Source: the human T2T-CHM13v2.0 reference genome, Homo sapiens | Assembly (NCBI RefSeq): GCF_009914755.1 | Contig: NC_060932.1 | Length of the DNA: 64,000 nt | Direction: 5' to 3' (one strand) | Part shown: positions 1-18,089 of the stretch, piece by piece | Position numbering within the stretch: position 1 is the stretch's first letter | Layout of the letters: every line of letters begins with the position of its first letter | Program-made: the position numbers and the translations under genes | The notes under the pieces: model-generated | What the model was told of the DNA's origin: nothing | Seen by the model: the letters and a program-made list of their open reading frames with translations, nothing else | The model's database searches: none

Positions 1-349
1 GTCAGGCGCTGTGCCGGGCACAGTGGATCCGAAGATGAAAGAGATGAGTGCACAGCCTGGGGGACCTCACTTGTCTTGTGGGGGAGACCAAACATGACAC
101 GTAGTGCCACCCGGGGGCATCTGCAGGGGGCTGTGGAAGGAGAGATCAGGAAGGAAGATGACTCAGGGGAAGCGATGCCTGAATCTTGAAAGATGGCAAT
201 GTGAAAATCCACAAACTCATCTGGGATAGCTGAGGAAAGCAAGCCTGGAGAGTTTGTGTTGAGGGGTGGGGGTGGGGGGTAGACAGTTGGTAGTCACTGA
301 AGCATCGAATTATTTTGCTCTGAAGGGATGAACTTAGTCTCTGGGGTCA

Positions 350-582
350 AACAGTTTTGAGCATGGGTCCTGATTCTGCCACTTATTGCTAGCTGTGTGA
401 TCTTGGGCAAGCTAGTTAGCTCCACTGCATTTGCTCAATGGTGAAATGAAGATAACAATGGTAACTGTTCTTCCCAGGACTGTTGAAAGGATTAAATGAG
501 AAAATGTGTGTAATGCACTTGGCAAAGCGCCCAGAACATTGTAAATGCTCAATAAATGGTAGTCATTGTTGTTATTATTATT
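350..582 (+). mobile_element. MIR
   Basis: gccacttattgctagctgtgtgatcttgggcaag...aggattaaatgag...gctcaataaatggtag. Confidence 0.75.
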
Positions 583-607
583 TTTTAGCCCAGGAACTTT
601 CCTTTGA

Positions 608-947
<340 letters not shown>

Positions 948-1782
948 TTCTTTGTGGCTTTCTTATGTATTTACCATCTCTACCCCCACTTCCACCCTGG
1001 ATTCTCTGTTCCCCAACACCAGCTGCAGAAAAGGATATATTTTTCACCCTCATCTCCCTCTTCCTTGGTGTACCCCAAGATAAACAGCCCTTTTTGTTAT
1101 AGATTTTACTGTGAAATAAGAGAAAAACAACAAGAACACATATGGGGAAGCTAAGGGGCCCTATTAAACCTCAGCGAATCCTTCCAGCTATGGTCGCTGG
1201 TCTAGGATTCTGACTCCCTTCAGAACACTAAATGCAAACAAGCTGGTCTTCTGTCCTCTGTGTTTCTTCAGGGTTCTCCAAAGGCTCTCCTCTTTCTGAC
1301 ACAGACTTGTAAACCCTCTCCTGGTTAAAGCCACTCATCCAAGGGCTGGGGTCTGGAGAGGTGACAGAGGAGGCAGTGGCAGAACAGTGAAAAATTTGCA
1401 TTTCTGAGGACCGCCCTCCACCCCCAAGAGTGAAGGACCTAGTTCCTTAGGCTTTGCCCTGCCTAGGTACAAAGATCAAAGTTTCAGGGTTAGGCTGAGA
1501 TACTTGAGGATTCAACTTTGATGCGGATTCCATCCAAGGATATGCTAATAAAGTTGCAGCTGACTTCTCCTGGGTTGTTAAGAACCTTTGGCGATATTGG
1601 GCTGGGTAGGGTCAGAGAGGAAGATAATTTAAAAATAGATGGTGTTCTCCCATTCAGGTTAAATTTCCCCCTAACTGAACTTTATTATTCTGTCAAAACA
1701 AAACAAAATAGTTAACCAAATTTTTAATAGTGGTTTTCTTTGGGAATGCGATTGTAAGAGGCTTATACTTCGGTTTAGTTTT

Positions 1783-2262
<480 letters not shown>

Positions 2263-2310
2263 TAATCAGCAAAATATAATAATAATGATAATAATAATAA
2301 TAATAGTGAT

Positions 2311-2657
<347 letters not shown>

Positions 2658-3170
2658 CCTTCTTAGTCATCCAAAGAGAAAGAGGGACAACATGAAAGCT
2701 GATCTCCTGATATCTCAGATGACTAAAGAATGGTTTGGGTTCTGGAAGGGCTGGAGATGCCTCTGACTGCCTGTCTTCACCGAAACCTGGTTTCCTCCAT
2801 GCCACTGAGTGCAGAGAGCTTTCAGGGCACCTTTTTGAGGCCTGCCTAGCCCAGGAGAAGCCAGGCATACCCTGACAGTGCCCGGCAGCCAATATAGGGT
2901 TTTGGTTAGCAGATGAGGGGGGCCTGTAGGTATCTCTTTGCTGAGTCAGCTGGGGTGGATTTCTCAGGCCTATCTAGAAAGTAATCTGCGTGGGTGTTAA
3001 GTCCCCTTAGTTCTTCCAGGATGTTTCTTGCTAAGGCTAGATAGAGGCCAATTATTTGCTGCTCTGTTCCTAACACCATTTGTCTGGTTCTGATAGGTTT
3101 CCAAGCATGTGAGCATGTGAGCTTATTTTCTGAGAAATACACAGATGGACCTTGTTTGATGGTGCTTTGC

Positions 3171-3470
3171 TTTTTTTTTTTTTGAGATGGAGTCTTGCTC
3201 TGTCGCCCAGGCTGGAGTGCAGTGGCGCGATCTTGGCTCTGCAATCTCCACCTCCCAGATTCAAGCAATTCTTCTGCCTCAGCCTCCTGAATAGCTGGGA
3301 CTACAGGTGCGTGCCACAATGCCTGGCTAATTTTTTTTTTTTTTTGTATTTTTAGTAGAGACGGGATTTCGCCATATTGGCCAGGCTGGTCTCAAACTCC
3401 TGACCTCGTGATCCACCCGCCTTGGCCTCCCAAAGTGCTGGGATTACAGGTGTGAGCCACCGCGTCCGGC
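3171..3470 (-). mobile_element. Alu in Tigger1
   Basis: TSD gtgctttgcttt. Confidence 0.9.
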
Positions 3471-4018
3471 CAGTGCTTTGCTTTATCGTACTTCCCAGAT
3501 AGTGCGATTTTTAAGCATGGAATGTTTGTGGCAACCCTGAATTGAGCAAGGCCATTGGCGCCATTTTTCCAGCTGAGTGTGCTCACTTCATGTCTTTGGG
3601 ACACGTTTTGGTAATTTTTGCAAAATTTCACACCTTCTCATTATTATTATATCTGTCATGGTGATCTATGATCAGTGATCTTTTCATTATTGTCATTGTT
3701 TTGGGGCACCATGAATCATACCCATATAAAACAGTGAACCGAATCGATAAATATGTGTTGCAACTGCTCTACCGACTGGCTGTCCCCCACCCCTCCCTTT
3801 CCTTGGGCCTGCCTATTCCTTGAGATACCACAATATTGAAATTAGGTCAATTAATAATCCTACAATGGCTTCTGAGTGTTCAAGTGAAAGGAAGAATTCC
3901 ATGTCTCTCACTTTAAATCCAAAGCTAGAAATGATTGAGCTTAGTGAGGAAGGCATGTTAAAGACTGAGATAGGCCCAGACGCAGGCCTCTTGTGCCAAA
4001 TGATTAGCCAAATTGTGA

Positions 4019-4333
<315 letters not shown>

Positions 4334-4361
4334 AAAAGTTCTTTAAAAAAAATTAAAAGTG

Positions 4362-4817
<456 letters not shown>

Positions 4818-5284
4818 TCAATTCTGTGAAGGCTGAGGGTGATGAGGAAGCAGCAAAAGAAAAGTTGGAAGTTAGCAGAGGCTGCTTCAACTTAAGGAAA
4901 CAAGCCATCTCCATATAATAAAGGTGCAAGGTGAAGCAGCAAGTGCTGATGTAGAAGCTGCAGCAAGTCATCCAGAAGATCTAGCTAAGATCATAGATTT
5001 TTTAATGTAAATAAAACAGCCTTCTATTGGAAGAAGATGTAATCTAGGACTTTTCTAGCTACAGATAAGTCAATGTCTGGCTTCAGAGCTTCAAAGGACA
5101 GGCTGACTCTCTCTTGTTAGGAGGTAATGCAGCTGGTGAGTTTAAGTCGAAGCCAGTGTTCATTTACCATTTCAAAAATCCTATTGCTGTTAGAAATTAT
5201 GCTAAATCTACTCTGCTTGTGTTCAGTAAATGGCATAACTAAGCCTGAATGACAGCACATCTGTTTACAGTATGGTTTACTGAA

Positions 5285-5565
5285 TTTTTTTTTTTTTTTG
5301 ACAAGGAGTCTTGCTCTGTCGCCAGGCTGGAGTGCAGTGGTGCGATCTCGGCTCATTGCAACCTCTGACTCCCAGGTTCAAGCCTCAGCCTCCTGAGTAG
5401 CTGGGATTACAGACATGCACCACCACACCCAGCTAATTTTTGTATTTTTAGTGGAGACAGGGTTTCATCATGTTGGCCAGGATGGTCTCGATCTCCTGAC
5501 TTCGTGATCCGCCCACCTCAGCCTCCCAAAGTGCTGGGATTACAGGCGTGAGCCACCGTGCCTGG
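5285..5565 (-). mobile_element. Alu in Tigger1
   Basis: TSD tggtttactgaat. Confidence 0.9.
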
Positions 5566-6104
5566 TGGTTTACTGAATAAAACCCGCTGCTGAGACCTAC
5601 TGCTCAGAAAAAAAGGATTCCTTCAAAGGTATTACTGCTCATTGACAACATACCTGGTTACCCAAGAGCTCTGATGGAGATGTTCAAGGAGATAAATGTT
5701 GTTTTCATGCCTGCTAACACAGCATCCTTCTACAGCCATAGACCAAGGAGTAATTTTAACTTTCATGTCTTATTGTTTAAGAAACACATTTTATAAGGCT
5801 GTAGCTGTCTTAGATAGTGATTCCTCTAATGGATCTGGGCAAAGTCGACTGAAAAACCTTCTGGAAAAGATTCACCATTCTAGATCCCATGAAGAACATT
5901 TGCAATTCATAAGAGAAGGTCAAAATATTTACATTAATTGGTGTTTGGAAGAAGTTTATGCCAACCCTCATGGATAACTTTGAGGGGTTCAAGACTACAG
6001 TGAAGGAAGTAACTGCAGATGTGGTGGAAATAGCAAGAGAACTAGAATTAGAAGTGGAACCTGAAGATGTGACTGAATTGCTACAAGCTCATGATAGAAC
6101 GTGA

Positions 6105-6626
<522 letters not shown>

Positions 6627-7111
6627 GAGAGTAGTTTCTTAAGATGGAATCCACCCTTCGTGAAGATACCGTGAGCACTGTTGAAATGACAGCAAAAGAT
6701 TTAGAATATCCCATAAACTTAATTGATAAAGCAGCAGCAGAGTTTGAGAAGATCTAATCCAATTTTGAAACAAGTTCTGCCATGGATAAAATGCTGTCAA
6801 ACAGTATCACATGCTACAGACAAGTCTTTTGTGAAAGGGATAGTCAATTGATGTGGCAAACTTCACTGTTGTGTTATTTTAAGAAATTGCCACAGTCACC
6901 CAAACCTTTAGCAACCAACCACCCTAATCAGTCAGCAGCCATCAACATTGAGGTAAGGCCCTCCACTAGCAAAACGATTACAGCTTACTGAGGGCACTGA
7001 TGATTGTTAGCAATTTTTTGGCAATAAAGTATTTTTAAATTAAGGTATGGACTTTTTTTAGACATGATGTTATTGTACACTTAATGGACTGCAGTATAGT
7101 GTGGATATAAC

Positions 7112-7406
7112 TTTTTTTTTTTTTTTTAAGATGGAGTCTTGCTCTGTCTCCCAGGCTGGAATGCAGGTGCAGTCTTGGCTCACTGCAACCTCTACCTCCT
7201 GGGTTCAAGCGAGTCTCCTGCCTCAGCGTCCGGAGTAGCTGGGTCTACAGGCACGCGCTACCATGCCTGGCTAATGTTTGTATTTTTAGTAGAGGCAGGG
7301 TTTCACCATGTTGGCCAGGCTAGTCTTGAACTCCTGACCTCAGGTGATTGACCCGCCTAGGCCTCCCAAAATGTTAGGATTACAGGCATGAACCACCGCA
7401 CTCGGT
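7112..7406 (-). mobile_element. Alu in Tigger1
   Basis: Antisense Alu; TSD taactttt. Confidence 0.9.
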
Positions 7407-7784
7407 CAAACGTAACTTTTATATGCACTGGGAAACCAAAACATTCATGCGACTCACCTTATTGCAATATTAGCTTTATTGTGGTAGACTGTAGTCGAAC
7501 GCACAATATCTCCAAGGTATGCCTGTATAGAAAATACAAATAGTGGACCAGGCATGGTGGCCTGTAATCTCAGCACTTTGAGAGGCTGCAGATTAGTGGA
7601 GCCCAGGAGGATCAAGCCTGCAGTGAGCCATGTTCATGCCACTGTACTCTAGCCTGGGTAACACAGGGAGATCCTGTCTCAGTAAATAAATAAATAAATA
7701 AATAAATATCACAGTGTTAGATTTTATCTCTCTACATAAGGCTTTTTGGTGGTATGTTTTATTTTGAAGTCATGATAGCTACTA

Positions 7785-7970
7785 TTAATGAATGCTTACT
7801 ATGAGCAGGTACTATGGTAAATGGTTTTATAGGAGTTATCCCATTTCAACCTCACAGATGCTATTGTTAGCTCCCAATTCACAGGTGAGAAAACTGAGGC
7901 TACATAATTCCCCAAGTCATTATGTAAGGAAGCAAACCTATCAATGCAGATAGGCTGACTCCAGAGCCTT
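7785..7970 (-). mobile_element. MIR
   Basis: cccaattcacaggtgagaaaactgaggc core. Confidence 0.7.
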
Positions 7971-8607
7971 CATGGCCAGCCAGTCCATGTGGGAAAAGAG
8001 GCTGTTCTTGATTAACAGAAGGGAATTTAAAACCCCTCTTTCTTTAAAAATTCAATTATTAGAAAAAAGTTTAAACCACACCAAACAGAATTGTAACAGT
8101 TTGAGTGTGTGTTTTTAGAGAGAACTTGTTAGTAATCTGCTTGAATCAACACCAGTGCCATTTTTCTAAAACTGTTTTACTTCATAGGATCTTGTGAAGT
8201 GTGTGTGTGTGTATGTCTGTGTGTGTGTTGAGGGAGGGGGTGGGATGATAGAAAAAAAGAAGAGCTGAAATCTGACACCTGTGTGCCCAAATCTCAGTGT
8301 CACTAGGGGTGTCCCTAGGTTTCAGAACCACCCTGCCGGTTCCAGTTCTGCCAGCCCACTTGGAGGTGGTGTTCAGGAATTATGAGTTCATGCCAAAGCA
8401 GGGGCCAGTGAAAATATGGAAGGCATTTTTGAGGAGACTCAACCCACCAGTGCAGAAACTGTATTTTAAGAAACCATGTTTCTGTGTTATGAATAGGTCC
8501 ACAGAAAACTGAGATAGAATCTTTCAAATCAAGTGTGCTTTCTGCTAGGTATGTTTCGAGTTTATTTTTCATTTGTATCTTTTAGCACGCCTTCTGCCCG
8601 CCTATAG

Positions 8608-8925
<318 letters not shown>

Positions 8926-8973
8926 TTTCAGAATTTTTAGTAGAGGAGCAAGGGGTAGGTAGTCTTCTGATTA

Positions 8974-9213
<240 letters not shown>

Positions 9214-9362
9214 CTATTGTGTTCCTTACGTCTATGAAAGATCCCCTGTCCCTGCCTCCCAGCTTCCCGAGCAGAACGCAGGTCACTAGTTGCCTAAATT
9301 AGAGCTGTACTTCATACGATAATTCAAAACCAAGTTTTTAAGTGCAGTGAACATTATTATAA

Positions 9363-9708
<346 letters not shown>

Positions 9709-10728
9709 TGAATATGGGGGCACAGAAAAGAGAACAATCCAGGAATACAAATACTCAACACATCTCTGTCCCCTGTTCATCCTTAAGCCTGTTCCTCCAC
9801 CAGGAGGGTCCCCTCCGGGACAGCACCTGGCAATCCGCACTGAAGCTGCACAGTCCTCTCCTGAGTACTTAATGGAGACTCAGGAAGGACTTGCTGATGT
9901 GGACTCCGCTCTGTGGCTTCTTCCTTCCTGCATTTTTATTGAAGCCCTGGGAAGGGAGCCAGGACATTTGATGATGTTTGTTTCTACAGATACTCCATTC
10001 CTTTTTTTTTTTTTTTTTTTTTAACTTCCAGATTAGATTATCATGTGTTGGTGGCAGCAAAAACAGAGGGTTGATGACAGGTAGAGGATCGTTGGAGCAC
10101 ACATTGGGACAATAAATGCCCACACAACTTTGTCCAGACAAAGATGTGGTCGGTCCCCCTGGTCCTGGCTAAGGGGGCTTTGTCCTGGGACTGGGGAGCA
10201 GTTACACACCCTTCCTACCTTCCTCTTCCTGTTTCTGCTTCAGGTAGCCTTTTATTTAAATTCTAAAGCCCTTCAGAGGATCTAAATGAGACTATCTCTA
10301 TCCTTGATCAAATATGCAGAATAACTGCAGCCCTCCTTAGCATTTTGCTTCACTGACTTTCCAATATTCTCCTAGGAGCTGGGTAAGCATCGGTCTGTCC
10401 AATGTACAAATTTTTTCTTTTGTCACTTTGGCAAATTTAGCAGCCTCTCTGCACCTCAATTTTCTCAACTGTGAAGTGGATTTGTAGAGTTATGAGAATG
10501 TAAAGCTCAGGGCTTTTTAGCTGGGTTGGTAATAGGTGCTCATTAGATGTGGACCACCTTTACCTGAGCTGCTGTGCACGGTACCAGGAGTCACCGATGG
10601 GCAAGAAGGCCTGAACTACCCTCTGGTTTATTGCTCAGACATTTGGGGGTGGTACCAGGCTCACCTCTCCACAAAGCCATTCTGAAGCTGCCACCTAGAT
10701 TGATGCCAGTTTGGGTCTAAAGAGGTGG

Positions 10729-11002
10729 GGGCCAGGCACAGTGATTCACACCTGTGATCCCAGTGCTTTGGGAGGCCGAGGTGGGAGGATTGCTTGAGGC
10801 CAGGAGTTGGAGACCATGTCTCTAGAAAAAATTTAAAAATTAGCTGGGCATGGTGGTTTGTGACTGTAGTCCCAGCAACTTGGGAGGCTGAGGCAAGAGG
10901 ATCCCTTGAGCCCAGGAGGTCAAAGCTGCAGCACGCTATGATCACACCACTGCACTTCAGCCTGGGAGACACAGCAAGACCCTGTCTCTTAAAAAATAAA
11001 AA
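10729..11002 (+). mobile_element. Alu (AluJ-type)
   Basis: Sense Alu; TSD aaagaggtg. Confidence 0.88.
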
Positions 11003-12061
11003 GAGGTGTGGGGAGGTCCTGCCCCCTTTGCCTTCCTTATTCTCATCAGTGGTCTTCCTTTGTTCCATCCTCACTCAACATTTCATCCTGCACCTGGATT
11101 TCATAAGGACAGATGTCAAAGAAAACGTGATTGAGGCAGAGAAAGAAGGGCGAGCAATCCAGGAGCCTGAAACACATTGGTGATTCTCAAATCCCTTTCC
11201 TCAATAACTTCCTTGGCAATCTCTTGTGCTCTCTGTCCTCTTGCTCTCTGGCTTCAGATTTCCCTTCCCCTCGGCGTCACTGCCAGGGCTGAAGTGATGG
11301 AAAGCTGCAGATTGATGGAGTGGCTGCAGTGCTCTGGCCCTGGCTTCTGCCCTCTGCCACTTCTCCCCTCCTGGACAGAAACTGCTGTCTTTCTTCTTTC
11401 TCTTTGGAAAGCTCCTTTCAATTCCTCTTCAATTGCATTATCCTTCTCTAGGGAATCCACTAGTGAGCTCAGGAAGACCCTCAGCATTTCCTGACCACAT
11501 TTTGTAACACACAGAGCCCCGTAATCTCCATTCATCAAGACTGATTTTTCCACAGCTCTGGTTCTGAAGAGGTCGGGTGGGGGTGGAGAGTGCAGGCTGA
11601 GGGATGGATGGTGAAGGAAAGCCTGCAGTGGCAGAGGGGACCCTCCCCAGCAGTGGGGCTTCTTACAGACTGATTGACAGCTGAAGCCAGCCAGCCAGGC
11701 TGTAGGGAAGGCACCCAGGAGACGCCCTAAAGTGTGGCCTGGGCTGGGAGGGGCCCCCAGTGCCCATGATTGGTTCAGCCTCTGCTGCCCATGGCCCCTG
11801 TCACTGCCAATCCAGGAAGGAAGAGCAGGAAGGCAAACATACCCAACTGCGCAGTTTCTAGATCAGAACTTTGCAATTCTCCATAGTGGCAGAGAAAAAG
11901 AAGCCATCCTGCTAGTGCTTAGAGAACTTTAAAATGGGGGCATGGCATGGCAGCACACACAACTAACTTATATCACAGTGGCTTTTCCTTTCAATCACAG
12001 AGATGCGCTGACTCTTCCACACTCCCAGCAGCAGGGAAAGCAGGATTTAAATACAGCCTCC

Positions 12062-12512
12062 AGGGCGGGCGCCGTGGCTCACTCCTCTGTGTTCCAGCAC
12101 TTTGGGAGGCCGAGGTGGGTGGATCACTTGAGGTCAGGAGTTTGAAACCAGCCTGGCCAGCATGGCAAAACCCCATCTCTACTAAAAATACAAAAATTAG
12201 GGGCCGGGCATTATGGCTCACGCCTGTAATCCCAGCACTTTGGGAGGCCAAGGCGGGTGGATCACGAGGTCAGGAGATCAAAACTATCCTGGCTAACACG
12301 GTGAAACCCTGTCTCTACTAAAAATACAAAAATTTAGCCGGGCGTGGTGGTGGGTGCCTGTAGTCCCAGCTACTTGGGAGGCTGAGGCAGGAGAATGGCG
12401 TGAACCCGGGAGGTGGAGGTTGCAGTGTTGCAGTGAGCCGAGATTGCGCCATTGCACTCCAGCCTGGCAACAGAGTGAGACTCTGTCTCAAAAAATAAAT
12501 AAATAAATAAAA
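12062..12512 (+). mobile_element. Alu left arm + full AluY-type element
   Basis: Left arm ends at linker (12200), then full Alu with gaatggcgtgaacccggg and a ttgcagtg duplication. Confidence 0.88.
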
Positions 12513-13193
12513 GCAGTCCCCGGAAAGGAGAGGGGGTACATGCTGCAGCAACTGATCAGCTCTGTGATCCAGGAATGGGGCAACCACAGGGCAGGAGTGA
12601 AGGGCGATTTTGTGTCTAAGAAACAACAGAAATCAGGAGGGTGGAGGAGAAGGAAGAGATCAAAAGGGAACAGGAGAGTTAAAGTAGATAAAAGACAAAG
12701 GTAAGAAAGAAAGGAAAAGAAGAGAGATGCCGGAGGTTGAATAAGAGAGGAGGTTGCCACAACACAGCCCCTGCCACTGCTGAAAAACAGCAACCTATTC
12801 AGAGAGCCTGTGCCACTTGGCCATTGTGGGATTCCAGAAGGGACTCATTAAGGCCTGTCACATGGGCTGCATTGTCTCCAGACAACAGTTCCGCCAGACA
12901 GTCCCACCACGGTCTGTGCAGCCAGGGCAGACTCTCCAGGTCTGCTGGACCCAGATCCTGGGGCTGGGTGGGGAGCTGCTCCCTCGATTGTTTCTGTCAC
13001 CACAATGACAGCTCTAGGGAAGAATACCTCCCTTCCCTCCTGGCTGATCTGTTGTGAAATTCTGGGAGCCCATAGCCTGGGGTGGGTTCTATTAAAACTG
13101 CACACACAGCTTCTTTCATCTGTGTAGAGCACAGAGTCTCTGGACCTCAGAGTATAGAAGTGACATCTCACCTACGTTCATTGAAAGACATTG

Positions 13194-13482
13194 TTTTGAG
13201 ACGGAGTCTCACTCTGTTGCCCAGGCTGGAGTGCAGTGGCAAGATCTTCAGCTCACTGCAACCTCTGCCTCCTGGGTTCAAGTGATTCTCCCACCTCAGC
13301 CTCCCGTGTAACTGGGACTACATGTGCACGCCACTATGCCTGGCTAATTTTTGTATTTTTAGTAGAGATAGGGTATCGCCATGTTGGTCAGGCTGGTCTG
13401 GAACTCCTGACCTCAAGTGATCCACCCCCACCCTCGGCCTCCCAAAGTGCTGGGATTACAGGCATGAGCCACCGTGTCGGCC
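13194..13482 (-). mobile_element. Alu
   Basis: TSD cattgaaagacatt. Confidence 0.9.
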
Positions 13483-14057
13483 CATTGAAAGACATTTACC
13501 TACGAGCGCTGCAAGGGTGAGGTGCGGTTCCTCCCCAGTGTGATTTATTGCCTCCAGTGCAAGAAGTGGGGGGTATCTCCCAGCTTTCTGCCTGTAGCAC
13601 CCTGCTCAGACCTTCAAAGCTACAGGAAATCCCTAGAGGAAGCTTCTTGGGCACCTCAGAACACAGGAAAAATTGGAACAGCTAAACAAGAGGAATGATA
13701 ACTTTCATTCCAGGTGTCAGGGATCACCTGCAGAGAGTACATCAGTCACCATTCTCTGAGGGTTATTACTATGCTGCAGCCTTGGGGAAATACCCAGTCC
13801 CTATCTATATTCTCTCATTGAGCCACCCTCATTGTATAGAAGTTCAAAGGGTGATTAGGTGATTTGCTCAGGTGTGATTCAAATCTTGAAATCTTTGGAG
13901 CTAGGAAGCTCCTCTGGAATCATCTATTAGTTCCCCAATGCTTGAATCCGTTTCCCTCCATAATGAAGCTTTCAAGAGTCTTTGATGAAATGAGACAAGT
14001 ACGATCATGTAGTGGAGTTTTCCATATAGCTGAATTTCTTTAAAGGCCTCTCCTTAG

Positions 14058-14373
<316 letters not shown>

Positions 14374-15685
14374 TCATCTACTTTTTTAGTATCAAAATGT
14401 GCTTTCTTTTTAAAACTGATAGTGATGGTGATATTTTTAAAATATTCTTTTTTGGCAGCATGAAAAGTTAGTCCCCCAAACTTTTAGTTAATTGGACTGG
14501 TCCAAAATTCAGGAAATCACTGATCAAATCCAACTCCTTCCTCACCTAGGTGAGAAAACTGAGGCCCAACCAGCTTGAAGTGTCATCCAAGGTCACTCCG
14601 CAGGTAAGCAGCCTCTGCCTGGCTGTGTCTATTTTCATTGTGTTCCCCATTCTGGGGATTTTGTGCCACTGGACCTGTGGAATGTGACGAACACTACCTG
14701 GTCCCTGGTAGTGGGATGATCTCCCTCTGTGCAATCTCCTCTCCCTGTGTCTGGTATTAAAGCATCAGTCCCTCCCTTCTACCCAGCTGCCACTGGCTCT
14801 CTGCATTTGCTCCTGCGCTTAGTGGGCACAGCGTCCCATGCCGGGCACACCACGGCTCCCCTTGTAAACCTGATGGCAGCCTGGCACTCGTCTTCGTGAC
14901 AGCGGATTGCTGGCCTCCTCTGCGAGGTCATTCCTAAAACGCAGGCATGAAAGTCATCCCCAGCAGCAGTCCCCAGGTCTGACCCGCAAGACATGTGCTT
15001 TGTGCCAGGCACTGGCTCATAAATTTTGTATTGAAGTGGCTTAGCCTTGTGCTAACCTGATCTAAATTAAACTTTCTGAGGGAAACTACTGTTTCTTCTC
15101 TTTGTTCTGTAACTCTCCACCCCTTTGGTGGGTTATCTGTAACAATGGAGTGTGCTCTATTCTGAGTTCTCTGAAGGTTGGATGGCAGGAATAATATGGC
15201 AGATAAGTCAGGGGTGCAGGAGAGGGTGGAACTGGACTGCGGAGAAAGAAATTCTTGAGGCCAAATTTGAAAGGAGAGAGGAAAGCTCAGCCCTATGGAC
15301 CCAGAGCGTAAAGATGTCCCATTCTTTAGTTCTGGGACAGGATTGCAATGGGAAGGTACTGCGTTCTGACCTCTGTAGGAGGAGGAAGGCCTTTGAAGCC
15401 CCCAGAAGTCAAAGAAAAGCTGATAGAGTGAAGAAGTTCCTTCCTGTTCTGGAACCTTCCCAGCTTCCTCTCTCTGGCAGAACCAGCTGAATTGGGGAGT
15501 GGATACGTCTAGCCTTCCAGCTCCAAGGGAAAAACAATGATCCTGATCCTCCCCCTCAGCCTTGTTACTGTCTGGGAGAACCACTGCCCGCCCCATGTTT
15601 ACGTGTCCTAACCAACGAGGGTGGGGCTCAGACTAAAATAGGAGTTATACTTTGCCTTGGATGCATGCACACCCCTCCCTCCACA

Positions 15686-15707
15686 ACACACACACACACA
15701 CACACAC
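15686..15707. repeat. (CA)n microsatellite
   Basis: About 11 CA units. Confidence 0.9.
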
Positions 15708-16237
15708 GAGCACAGAGCACTCCCTGCTCCGATGCCATGTTCCTGGCCAGCTCATAGGGCTCTCAGCCAGTTTGCAGATCAATGAAGGCTGAATAGATCA
15801 TTCAGCTTGAAACAGGCCCATTCAGTCCTCTCTGCTGTAGCCAGTGCAGTCACCCTTCTCTGCTGAGATTCTGCTAGAAGGGAGCATTACTGTCTTCTGG
15901 AATAAAAGTGTTCACTGAAGGAAGGAAGAGAGGACCGCATTCGCGGGGAGAAGGAAGCACTAGTTCTCTTCCTGGAGAATTTCATTAGGGAGAAGCCCAA
16001 GGGCGGCCATCTGGCGGAATCCAGGGTTGGAAGCCTCTACTTCACCTGTCAATTGTCTGAATCAGAGAATAAGAAGGAAGTTGCCCCTGTCCCATTCCCT
16101 CCTGGCATATAAATCCTCTCTGAGAAGACTTGCTTATCCTGGGCTTTTTACTGAAGGATAGCAGTCTGGATTTACAGAAATAAAAAACAAATTGTTTGCA
16201 TTCAGATAGCCATTGGGCAACAAGATGTGAAAATGGA

Positions 16238-16877
<640 letters not shown>

Positions 16878-17722
16878 CCATAGCCTCTTTGAGTGTCAGT
16901 TTCCACATCTGTAAAATGGAGGGAAAAAGTCATCTTACAGCTGGAACTAATGCAGAAGATTAATTAAGGAGGAGACATATGGGGGAGCTGGTGCTTGGCG
17001 GTCTTAACACGGCTCCTTCCCTACTGCTTCCAGCTGCCTACCTTCTCCTGAAACTTCCAAAAAGGCACGCGCCAGACTTCTGAAAAGGGAAAGGCGAGGA
17101 ATTCATTCTCTCATTTCAAAAGCTGTATAGACTCCCTGTCACTGCGTCCTGTCCCCAGGTGGCTGAGTGAACCCTACCATCCTTGGAGTTCATTTGTCCA
17201 GCCACTCATCTGTTGAAAGGCAGCTCAGTGTGGTGGAGAGACGTGGGAATCAGAGTCCAGATTCTGGCCCACTGCTTACCTGTCACCTGGTCTCAGAAAC
17301 AGCATCGACTCTTGGGACAGGAAGGGATCTTTGATGTCATGTCATCCAACCTCACACCTGAAGCTTGAATCTCACCACACACACACATACACGCCACCCC
17401 GAATTAAGTGGCTGTCCAGCTTCTATAGGGATGATTCATTACTCCCCAAATGCCTTGCCCTGTCTTTAGACCAGTCTGACTATGACAATGGTTTTCTTCC
17501 TATTCAGGTGAAATTTGTCTGCCTGGGGTTTCTTCCTATTCACCATCGTTCCATTCCTTAGGGCTATAAAGAAGGGCTATAAAGGGCTGTCTCCCATGAT
17601 AGCCTTTCTTCATGTAAACCAGATGATTACATCTGCCTGAGTTTTCTCTGGCCCTTCATATGGCGATTTCAGTTTCTTTGTCATCCTGGTTATCCTCCTT
17701 TGCACTCACTTAAATATTGTGA

Positions 17723-18089
<367 letters not shown>

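Noticed and set aside
10002-10022. Isolated poly-T run as a processed-pseudogene tail
   Set aside because: No adjacent mRNA-like body or TSD seen.
11254-11553. Purine-rich 99-aa ORF with a charged helical look (SLEKDNAIEEELKGAFQRERRK)
   Set aside because: No recognisable parent gene, poly-A tail or TSD; cannot support an exon or pseudogene call.
14934-15596. 220-aa minus-strand ORF
   Set aside because: No recognisable domain or homology and no supported splice structure; consistent with a chance ORF.
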